From a virus (Duplodnaviria; Caudoviricetes): 48,113 bases of DNA. The translations under genes were made by a program, and so were the position numbers. The DNA lies in IMG/VR virus record IMGVR_UViG_3300037631_004055, positions 1 to 48,113 of that record; one strand, 5' to 3'. A model generated the notes under the pieces. That model saw only the letters and a list, made by a program, of their open reading frames with translations. It was not told where the DNA came from and made no database searches. Positions 8,995 through 16,648 of the stretch are shown one piece after another. Each line of letters starts with the position of its first letter. Position 1 is the first letter of the stretch.

Positions 8995-9168
8995 ATGTCT
9001 ACAAGTGAAATTTTGTCTAAAGGAGCTACGGGCTTGCTGGGGTCTGCTTTAGCTGTTATTAGTCCCTACCAACAGCAATTAGAATGGACAATTCAAATCC
9101 TTGGTGGATTGTTAGGGATAGCAGTGGCTCTAGTGAGCCTTTATCATCTAATCAAAAAGAAAAAATGA
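8995..9168 (+). CDS. Small two-TM membrane protein, holin/antiholin-like
   Basis: Two hydrophobic segments and a KKKK C-terminus; first gene of the lysis cassette. Start taken at ATG 8995. Confidence 0.6.
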   Translation: MSTSEILSKGATGLLGSALAVISPYQQQLEWTIQILGGLLGIAVALVSLYHLIKKKK

Positions 9169-9332
9169 GTAAAGAAGCAATACTGGGAGTAGTACGCCAT
9201 GTCCTGACATTTATGGGAGGCTTCGTGGCCGAGAGAGGTCTAGCCTCTGGGGAGGAAGTACAAACGGGCGTCGGAGCAGTTGTCACTCTTATTGGACTGG
9301 TTTGGTCAGTTCTCAATAAGCGCGGCAAGTGA
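9165..9332 (+). CDS. Holin (Pam3-gp28-like)
   Basis: MSKEAILGVVRHVLTFMGG...GAVVTLIGLVWSVLNKRGK has the RH motif, two TM segments and a WS + basic tail. ATGA overlap with the previous gene. Confidence 0.75.
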   Translation: MSKEAILGVVRHVLTFMGGFVAERGLASGEEVQTGVGAVVTLIGLVWSVLNKRGK

Positions 9333-9514
9333 CCTTTTTTAAGCTCATAAAAGCGGCCCTTGAGGCCTACATAGCTTATGCAAAGTGGCGACAGAGAACC
9401 TATATCTATAAAATGGAGGATGAGGTGGATGAGCTTGCCGCTGATGCTTCTCCTGTTTCAAAGCTGCGCATCGAACGACTCGCGAAGCGACTTAAACAAG
9501 AGCGCACTTTATGA
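9329..9514 (+). CDS. Putative inner-membrane spanin-like (Rz-like) protein
   Basis: N-terminal weakly hydrophobic helix, coiled-coil-like remainder, and overlapped in +1 frame by a lipoprotein gene. Confidence 0.45.
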   Translation: MTFFKLIKAALEAYIAYAKWRQRTYIYKMEDEVDELAADASPVSKLRIERLAKRLKQERTL

Positions 9515-9650
9515 TCCCCCTACTGTCACCTTGATTGAGGGGCAGGAGTATCAATTCGTAGAAGGCCGACTTGTGGGTAGGAAAAACCATAAGTGGCATT
9601 CGGATCACAGTTACAGGCGTGCTATAATCATAGGTTCCGGGGATAAATGA
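9420..9650 (+). CDS. Lipoprotein, putative outer-membrane spanin (Rz1-like)
   Basis: Signal MRWMSLPLMLLLFQS-C with a lipobox-like Cys; GGAGG nearby. Start is ATG 9420 or 9429. Confidence 0.6.
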   Translation: MRWMSLPLMLLLFQSCASNDSRSDLNKSALYDPPTVTLIEGQEYQFVEGRLVGRKNHKWHSDHSYRRAIIIGSGDK

Positions 9651-10393
9651 TATCAGCAATATTTTCCTGCATGAACCGGGAGTACAACCTTGCGAAAGGT
9701 TTACCCTCTTGGTTGAAGTACGAGGAAATAGGAGACATCGTCATTGTTGACTGGTCTTCTAAAACCCCATTACTGGATAATGAGTTTTTGTGTGGCTTGA
9801 TGGACAACGACCCACGAATCAAATTAGTTCGGGTAAGGGGGGAAAAGGTGTTCAACTTAGCTAAGTCCTATAACCTAGCTTTTAAGTTTACGGACCCAGA
9901 GAACAAAATACTACTTAAGTTGGACTGCGACTATGTAAGCCTTAACCGAGGGTGGGTGGACAACCTAGAGTTAAAGGGGGGAGAGCTAAATAAGTACTTT
10001 GTTACAGGCGTAGAACTTGGCACTTCACCCCATTTCTGTGGCCTCATGCTTGTAAACAAGAAGGACTTTCTAGGGTACAATGAAAACTTTCAAGGGTGGG
10101 GATATGATGATAATGATTTATATAAACGACTTCACGGCAATATAGACCGGGGAACATTTGGAGGCTCACCTTTACAGGTTCGACCCCGTACACAGGTGTA
10201 CGATTATGTTCACCACATTCCCCACGACGACGACCTCCGAGTCGAAAACTACGAAATTAAAGATCGTGAGGAGTCACACCGCTATAATGAGTCTCGTTCA
10301 GGCAGTTACTGGACCCCTAAAATTTACCGTATATTGAAGCGAGAGAGTCAGTATGTGGAACTTGAGTTCTTCGATACCCCCTTCCCTGAGTAA
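9647..10393 (+). CDS. Glycosyltransferase, GT-A fold (GT2 / Glyco_transf_7C-like)
   Basis: IVIVDWSS, FNLAKSYN, DxD motif LDCD, and GYNENFQGWGYDDNDLYKRL. Confidence 0.88.
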   Translation: MISAIFSCMNREYNLAKGLPSWLKYEEIGDIVIVDWSSKTPLLDNEFLCGLMDNDPRIKLVRVRGEKVFNLAKSYNLAFKFTDPENKILLKLDCDYVSLNRGWVDNLELKGGELNKYFVTGVELGTSPHFCGLMLVNKKDFLGYNENFQGWGYDDNDLYKRLHGNIDRGTFGGSPLQVRPRTQVYDYVHHIPHDDDLRVENYEIKDREESHRYNESRSGSYWTPKIYRILKRESQYVELEFFDTPFPE

Positions 10394-10394
10394 C

Positions 10395-10883
10395 ATGTTT
10401 TGGAAAAAATTCTTCCGTAAAAAGTCCCCATCCCCACCAAAAGAGTCGGGAATGGCCATAACAGCCTACGATCTGGCTATGCGCTACGTAGGGATCAAGG
10501 AAGTCCCCGGAACGGAGGATAACCCCCTCCTATTAGCTATGCTCCAGCTAGATAACGATTGGCCCCAACACGATGAAGTTCCGTGGTGTTCAGGGTTTAT
10601 GAACTGGGTTGCATGGCATCTAAGGCTACCGAGGTCCAAGAATCTCATGGCTAGGAGCTGGCTGAATGTGGGAAAACCTATTTCTTTGACGCGGGCAGTC
10701 CCCGGATTCGATGTTGTGATCTTATGGAGGGGAACTCCTGAGGGGGCCAGCGGACACGTCGGCCTTTACGCGGGACATAGCGACGGGAAGATAAAGATTT
10801 TAGGGGGAAACCAGAACAACGCAGTTACTATATCTGAGTACCCCGCAAATAGGTTGTTGGGGATTCGTCGATTATATGGTTAA
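10395..10883 (+). CDS. Endolysin, NlpC/P60-CHAP-like cysteine endopeptidase (TIGR02594 family)
   Basis: DEVPWCSGFMNW (catalytic Cys), ARSW, SGHVG (His) and LGGNQNNAV. The start could also be at MAIT. Confidence 0.88.
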   Translation: MFWKKFFRKKSPSPPKESGMAITAYDLAMRYVGIKEVPGTEDNPLLLAMLQLDNDWPQHDEVPWCSGFMNWVAWHLRLPRSKNLMARSWLNVGKPISLTRAVPGFDVVILWRGTPEGASGHVGLYAGHSDGKIKILGGNQNNAVTISEYPANRLLGIRRLYG

Positions 10884-10894
10884 TTACTACTGTT

Positions 10895-11125
10895 ATGACC
10901 GGATATACTGCAGGCATTCAAGTTAACGCTGGAGCCACTGTACACTACGTGAAGATAACCAACGGGGTTATGGACATTGTGGCAGTGAATTCAGGCGTAG
11001 ATATGGGGTTTGAGCTTACGACGTGCAACATAGATACCACTAACAATATTATTAGTGGTTATGATGCGTCGGGGAACAGGTACATTTTTGACAAAGAGTC
11101 CGATGTGACTGTCACGTTGGTTTAA
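10895..11125 (+). CDS. Hypothetical small beta-rich protein
   Basis: 76-aa ORF filling the operon gap. Confidence 0.6.
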   Translation: MTGYTAGIQVNAGATVHYVKITNGVMDIVAVNSGVDMGFELTTCNIDTTNNIISGYDASGNRYIFDKESDVTVTLV

Positions 11126-11134
11126 TTTCGTCCC

Positions 11135-13009
11135 ATGCCCCAACCTCCATCACCACCCCCGCGTAAGCAGAGGGTCGTAAACTTCGTATCCCCGGAGATT
11201 GCGGACCTCATCTTCTACGAGTTGCGTGATGGTAGGCTCCCCAAATACAAAAATCCCCCTGCGTACGGTACCGCCCACCCAGACGCCACAACTTATCCCC
11301 ACCATAAGTTAGTTTTAATACGCCCAGCCACTGAGGCTGAAGATGGGTGGCAACGTTGGTATTATGCACGCGCCCGAGGCACTTCCGTACCTACGTCCAA
11401 CCCTAACGGAACTTTTACAGATCAAGATGAGTATAATTTTGAGATTGAGGGAGACGAACAGTTAACTCGCACGTATATAATTCCCCGGGCTCAGTTTTTA
11501 GGTAACGCGGCGCCTTATCAATCTTATACTTACGCCGCCCCCACAGCAGGGACGGCGGATTCGCGTTTTACAGATTTTAAGTTTAGGGAGGAGAATATCC
11601 TCAGAACCCGAGATAGTACCATAGATGCCTATTTCATAATAATTCAGCGGTTTTACTACAAGTCCGAAAAACTACGAGCCGTCTCCGAAACGGGTACGGC
11701 TCGGGGCGAAGAAGGTTCCGAAACTAGGCGAGAGGCTGATAGGCTGGCCTATTCCATTGAGCCGGGGATTGTGCTTCAACGTAGTTCAAGACTTACTGAC
11801 GAAGAGTTATGGGATAACACCGAAAATCGCCTCGCCCTGCGAGCGGGTGTTAACAATACATCCATAACTAATCGGGTGGGTTTTATAGAGACGGACACCT
11901 CTGAGTTATCTCAAACTGAACCGGCCCCCAAGAATGAACCCCAATTTACCAAAAGGGTAGTTACGACAGACTCCGACGGAGTAGATGCTGTATGGGCGGC
12001 TAACCGCAAGGTAAGAGCCTCTGACCCAGCCAACGGCAGTGAAATGTCTACGTTCTTGGGTGGGGGTATCGTGGATGTAGACATCAGTCTAGTAGCAGAC
12101 ACTGCTTCCGCTGATTCTGGGTTTTTAGTGGTGGGCTCCCAAGTGTCTCCTATGGGTGGAGGTGACGCGATCAGAACTACAAAGACTATAGATGAATTTC
12201 CTATACTTAGGGAGGATCGTTACGATAGTCAACTAGACGCCATGTTGACTATTACGAAGAGCGTCATCGTCCCCGGTTCAGAGGTGGGCTCTAAGTCGGG
12301 TTGCGGTTCTCTCGTAGAGATTAAACCTGTAGATAAGTGGCGTTCTATTAAGATACAGACTTCTGTAGGAGCCTCTGCCATAAGGACCGAAACTATTCCC
12401 GGAGTGTTTAACTACCGCTTTCCCGCGGTCCTTGAGAAAGCTTACTTTGATTGGGCCTATGCATATGCTTACCATGGCAGTAACCGATCCGAGGATGCTG
12501 ACATGGCTTTAATATTCCATATCACCGAGTCTGTCCAACAAGCAGTGAAGGGCAGGACGCGTAGGATAATTACATGTAACACCGAGGGTATTATAGAGGA
12601 AAACCCCGTAATTAGTTTCAAACCTCAGAGTCACACAGTTAGCTTCCTAACTGCATCTAGTTACGCCAGCAAGAAAACTGTTTGGGCCAAGGCCAATGTA
12701 CGCACTTGGCAAACCCCACTAGCCCTATGTGCAGGTTTGGATATCATCTTACCTCCAAAACTTTCAGGGGGTATCCAAGGCGTCCACGTCGATGGAGACT
12801 GGACTGCGGCCATCCCAGCCACCTCCCCCGCAGGTATGCCCGCGGAAGGAACCCTCATGACTATTGACATTAAAACCCGTAGACTCAAACTTGGTTACTG
12901 GGAGGTTTTAATTACCGAGATTTTTAGTCCCGGCCCCGGTATGTCTGAGGACACTTTATTAACTTTGACCCCTAGGGATATAGACCGCACCATAGATGGG
13001 GAGGCGTAA
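11135..13009 (+). CDS. Putative tail/virion structural protein
   Basis: 624 aa, Thr/Ser/beta-rich, in the late operon; no catalytic motif recognised. Confidence 0.5.
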   Translation: MPQPPSPPPRKQRVVNFVSPEIADLIFYELRDGRLPKYKNPPAYGTAHPDATTYPHHKLVLIRPATEAEDGWQRWYYARARGTSVPTSNPNGTFTDQDEYNFEIEGDEQLTRTYIIPRAQFLGNAAPYQSYTYAAPTAGTADSRFTDFKFREENILRTRDSTIDAYFIIIQRFYYKSEKLRAVSETGTARGEEGSETRREADRLAYSIEPGIVLQRSSRLTDEELWDNTENRLALRAGVNNTSITNRVGFIETDTSELSQTEPAPKNEPQFTKRVVTTDSDGVDAVWAANRKVRASDPANGSEMSTFLGGGIVDVDISLVADTASADSGFLVVGSQVSPMGGGDAIRTTKTIDEFPILREDRYDSQLDAMLTITKSVIVPGSEVGSKSGCGSLVEIKPVDKWRSIKIQTSVGASAIRTETIPGVFNYRFPAVLEKAYFDWAYAYAYHGSNRSEDADMALIFHITESVQQAVKGRTRRIITCNTEGIIEENPVISFKPQSHTVSFLTASSYASKKTVWAKANVRTWQTPLALCAGLDIILPPKLSGGIQGVHVDGDWTAAIPATSPAGMPAEGTLMTIDIKTRRLKLGYWEVLITEIFSPGPGMSEDTLLTLTPRDIDRTIDGEA

Positions 13010-13011
13010 TA

Positions 13012-14613
13012 ATGGCTAACAACGAAGATCGTTTAATAGCTAGGGTAGTAGCGGCTGTTAAGTCTTGGCTGGAACAACGGAATATAGGTGGGGGTGGTGA
13101 TGGAGGTGACCCCCGCGATTTAGATGGTGATGGCAAGGTCAATCGACGTGAGAGAACCGCGGCAAAAAGAGCCGACAGGTTAGCGCGACGAAATGCAAGG
13201 AAAGAGGGACGTGATGCGGGTTTACTTCCGGGCATGACCCGAGCACAGACGGCAGACTTCCGCCGAATGGAACAAGCTCAAGCCGACAGAGACGCCCAAC
13301 AGAACAACAAACCCCAACCCCCACCGCCAGCCCCTGCGGGGGCTAATGTCGCCAACCAAGCGGCCCCTAATTTCGATGACCAGCTTAGAGCCGTAGCGAC
13401 AAGAGAGAGCGAGGAAAAGGCCAAGATTGAGGCCGCACTTGCAGACGCTAAGTCATCTGCGGATACCGATGTTAACGATGGCGCTACAGGCGTTATTGGG
13501 GACGTGGGCCTACAAGGAGTTGCCGGGGATACAACTATAATAAGACCCCATGAGGAGAAGAACATAGGTAAAGCAAACAACTTAAACCCGCAACCGGGGT
13601 TCGTAACTGTCCGGGCTGAAAACGAGGATGGTAAGCGTAAGTGTTTCGGTGTTTTAGGGTATGAGGCGTCTGGTTGTGGGGATGGTCCCGCCGTTAGAAC
13701 TGTTTGGTGGGAACCGGAATTTGGGTTCGGCACAGGCACTGAGGTTGGGGTTGGTACAGGTTTAGGGACTGGGGATGGACCACCTTCGGTCAGCATAGCT
13801 AAAGGGTTTAACCTAGTTCCCAGTACTAATACTTACGGAGAACATCATCCCGAGACTTTGTGGAAAGCCATATTCACGGCGGCCAACGGGACACATGAGT
13901 TAACTCCCGGGGCCACTAACTATTTATGGGTTAAGATAACTTATTCTGAACGAGAGGTTTTGGTAGCCGATGAGCTATGGCAAAATTATGGCATAGAAAA
14001 CTATGACATAGACTTCGACTTCGACTTCGACTTCGACTTTAACGTCTCAGGAGATTTTACCGGGGCGGGCACAGGAGCTGGTACAGGAACAGGTATAGCA
14101 ACTGTCCACGGGGGACTAGATTGTGATGGTGGTGGCGGGGGTTCGGGCGGATCTGGCTCGGGCACAGGTGGGTGTGAGTGTTGTGATGAGGATGTCACGG
14201 GCCTCGCGTATTTCACAGGAGATAATGAGATGCTCGTACCCGTGTATACGGATGTGTATGGGGAATTTTATGGAACGGGGGCGGGGTCTGGCTCAGGTTC
14301 AGGTTCCGGCACTGGATACACCTATAAACCTGAGGTTTTCGACGGGTCTATAAAGCAGTACATGCTCCATACTTCGTCCGCACCTGTTGTAGTTACCCCC
14401 ATAACAACAAGCTCAACAGCACCTGCTGACACTAAAACCGTTAAACACCAGTTTTTAGGTTCTGTAACCCTTAACGACAAGGGTGAAATAACCGAATGGG
14501 AGTGGCGTTTAAATCACGCTTTTTACTGGAACGCCCCGGATTTTGTGGCAGGTAGTTACGGCAAGACCGAAAAATCACCCCCTCCTAATTACGACCCTCC
14601 AGACATCTCTTAA
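13012..14613 (+). CDS. Putative tail appendage protein with EF-hand-like loop, Gly-Thr/Gly-Ser tracts and (DF)n repeat
   Basis: DLDGDGKVNRRE, GTGAGTGTG, GSGSGSGSGTG, GCECCD and DFDFDFDFDF. Confidence 0.5.
   Translation: MANNEDRLIARVVAAVKSWLEQRNIGGGGDGGDPRDLDGDGKVNRRERTAAKRADRLARRNARKEGRDAGLLPGMTRAQTADFRRMEQAQADRDAQQNNKPQPPPPAPAGANVANQAAPNFDDQLRAVATRESEEKAKIEAALADAKSSADTDVNDGATGVIGDVGLQGVAGDTTIIRPHEEKNIGKANNLNPQPGFVTVRAENEDGKRKCFGVLGYEASGCGDGPAVRTVWWEPEFGFGTGTEVGVGTGLGTGDGPPSVSIAKGFNLVPSTNTYGEHHPETLWKAIFTAANGTHELTPGATNYLWVKITYSEREVLVADELWQNYGIENYDIDFDFDFDFDFNVSGDFTGAGTGAGTGTGIATVHGGLDCDGGGGGSGGSGSGTGGCECCDEDVTGLAYFTGDNEMLVPVYTDVYGEFYGTGAGSGSGSGSGTGYTYKPEVFDGSIKQYMLHTSSAPVVVTPITTSSTAPADTKTVKHQFLGSVTLNDKGEITEWEWRLNHAFYWNAPDFVAGSYGKTEKSPPPNYDPPDIS
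14011..14040 (+). repeat. 6-bp microsatellite GACTTC x4 + GACTTT
   Basis: Read directly; encodes (DF)5. Confidence 0.9.
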
Positions 14614-14619
14614 TATTTA

Positions 14620-15477
14620 GTGGACTCCAAGATATCCATAGTTAGTAAACTTAATGGTATAGGGGACTCTATGGTGTCCATGTGGTGTGTTGAGGGGTTC
14701 AAACAGGCGGGACTCGACGTAGATTTTTTTGTACGCCCTGACCATGTGGGGATGTGCAGTTTCTTTCACGACAAAGTTTATCCCAAGGATAACGCCCCTA
14801 TAAGTGCTATAACACTCAACTTAAACTCCACGGGAGGGCAGATGGCGGGATTACCCCCAGATAAGGCGGCTAGAATGGATTGGTGGTGGAAGCGGGCGGC
14901 AGATCAGTTTGCCGGAGATATACCTGAAAATGCTTCCCCCCAAAAGCCCCAGCTTGTAAAGCCATTGGAAAAAGTCCCCCAGTTTGAGAATGCCGTGGTA
15001 ATAGCCCCCGAATGTTGTTTCCTCAACCGAAAGTGGAGTATAGGCCATTACAGCAGGTTAGTTCTTTTGTTGAAACAGGCCGGGTACGAAGTGATTTCAT
15101 TTGTTGCGCAGGAAGATTCTCAGGTAAAGGCTATAAAAGACATAGTTTACCATTATGGGTTCTCTCTAGAGTATTTAGTGAGGGCAATATACTCCTGTAA
15201 GTTGCTTATAGGTAATGACAGTGGCCCCGCCCACATTGCAGGAACCGTAGGAACCCCATGTATACCCATCCACGCCATAATGCCGCCCAACCTCTTGTGG
15301 GAACGCTATAGTAACTTCTACCCCGTATTTGCAACCGACTCTTGTGCGGGGTGCGGGTTTACTCCCGATTTAGGCTACCACCCCCATTCATGTAGCGCGA
15401 TGTGTTCTGCTTTAGAGGGTATTAGTGCCGAGGAAGTATACAAAGTCGCTGTCAATGCTCTTGAGCAGATAAATTAG
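14620..15477 (+). CDS. Glycosyltransferase family 9 (heptosyltransferase-like, GT-B)
   Basis: N-terminal GIGD, NRKW, LLIGNDSGPAHIAGTVGTPCIPI and a C-terminal CxxC...C...ISAEEV segment typical of GT9. Confidence 0.88.
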   Translation: MDSKISIVSKLNGIGDSMVSMWCVEGFKQAGLDVDFFVRPDHVGMCSFFHDKVYPKDNAPISAITLNLNSTGGQMAGLPPDKAARMDWWWKRAADQFAGDIPENASPQKPQLVKPLEKVPQFENAVVIAPECCFLNRKWSIGHYSRLVLLLKQAGYEVISFVAQEDSQVKAIKDIVYHYGFSLEYLVRAIYSCKLLIGNDSGPAHIAGTVGTPCIPIHAIMPPNLLWERYSNFYPVFATDSCAGCGFTPDLGYHPHSCSAMCSALEGISAEEVYKVAVNALEQIN

Positions 15478-15513
15478 CGTTTTTCCTTGTAGGGGTTATA
15501 TTTCTCCTACGAT

Positions 15514-16188
15514 ATGGCAAATGAGCGAAACCTTACCCTCGCTGAGGCGCGGACCCTTCTATATAAACATGCTACAGACGATGCGTCAGATTCCGACGGA
15601 ACGTTCAAAGCCCGACTAAATGAGGCTATAGAACGTATTTATACTGAAGGTATTTGGGATGGTTTAACTGTACGTGCAGATTTATCTTCTTATGTAGCTA
15701 ATGAGGTACTAACCCTCCCCTACGCATATGAAGCAATATTGTCGATAGCGATTGATGATAATCCTACCCCTATCATGGGTAAGCAGTACGAGTTCATGCG
15801 AGGAGGCCCCGGCATTGAGGACGCGGGTGAGGGAGGAGCATTCGTCATAGACTTAGGTTTTGATAGTACTGGGGACGCTCTCCGTCGTTATAAGATTTTA
15901 CAGGATGTAGATTCAGGAACTGAGATAGAGGGTCTGATTAAACGCAGATATGTGTACATCTCTAGTGACTCTGATGTTATTGTCCCATCTAATATAGGAG
16001 CCCTTAAACACGCATTGCTCGCTATAACTTACGAGGATGAAGGAGATATACAGAGAAGTACCGCTTTCTGGGATGAGTGCTATAATATACTCCAATCAGC
16101 TAAACAGGTTAACCGCGCAGGTATAATCAACCCTAACCCCCAACAACAATGGGGTTTTATGTCTAATAAACCACACAGCATTTTATAA
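15514..16188 (+). CDS. Putative head-tail adaptor / tail tubular protein A-like
   Basis: LTLAEAR...LNEAIERI N-terminal helices, a beta core, and C-terminal helices (ALKHALLAI), with size and position fitting an adaptor. Confidence 0.6.
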   Translation: MANERNLTLAEARTLLYKHATDDASDSDGTFKARLNEAIERIYTEGIWDGLTVRADLSSYVANEVLTLPYAYEAILSIAIDDNPTPIMGKQYEFMRGGPGIEDAGEGGAFVIDLGFDSTGDALRRYKILQDVDSGTEIEGLIKRRYVYISSDSDVIVPSNIGALKHALLAITYEDEGDIQRSTAFWDECYNILQSAKQVNRAGIINPNPQQQWGFMSNKPHSIL

Positions 16189-16643
16189 TGGCCGAATACG
16201 CAAAACCTTTCTCTGGTAAGGATCAACGGGAGTTTGCCCGTAGGCGATCCGTGATAAATCAAATACGTGCCGCGAAGATTCGTGAGAGACGCGCCGCCCG
16301 TAAAGCGGGAGATCATGGCAAGGACGCCGCAATCCTCATGCAAGGCGAAAAGACGGGAATCCCATTTGGTGGAGTAGCTTCTGCAGAGAATTTAGATCAA
16401 CTCGTTTTGTCAGAGATGAACATGAATAAGCAGATTGCAGATAAAAGGGATGCGCAACGTGCCAACATGTTGTCTCGACAGGCTCCCCAACAACCTGACC
16501 CGGTTCCGGGTAAAGGTCCCTCAGGTCCCGCCGAACAAGAGACTAATATTAATGTTGTATCACCCGGAGATACTTTCTTCGGGTTTCTGGGAAGGCAAGA
16601 CCCCCTAAAGACTGCCTTATACATGGAAGATTTAATTGAATAA
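16188..16643 (+). CDS. Hypothetical, putative internal virion protein
   Basis: TAATG coupling, basic helical N-terminus, lies in the ejection-protein block. Confidence 0.55.
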   Translation: MAEYAKPFSGKDQREFARRRSVINQIRAAKIRERRAARKAGDHGKDAAILMQGEKTGIPFGGVASAENLDQLVLSEMNMNKQIADKRDAQRANMLSRQAPQQPDPVPGKGPSGPAEQETNINVVSPGDTFFGFLGRQDPLKTALYMEDLIE

Positions 16644-16648
16644 TTACT

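Noticed and set aside
14005-14040. DIDFDFD as a polymerase catalytic motif
   Set aside because: It arises from a 6-bp microsatellite in a low-complexity region with no surrounding enzyme context.
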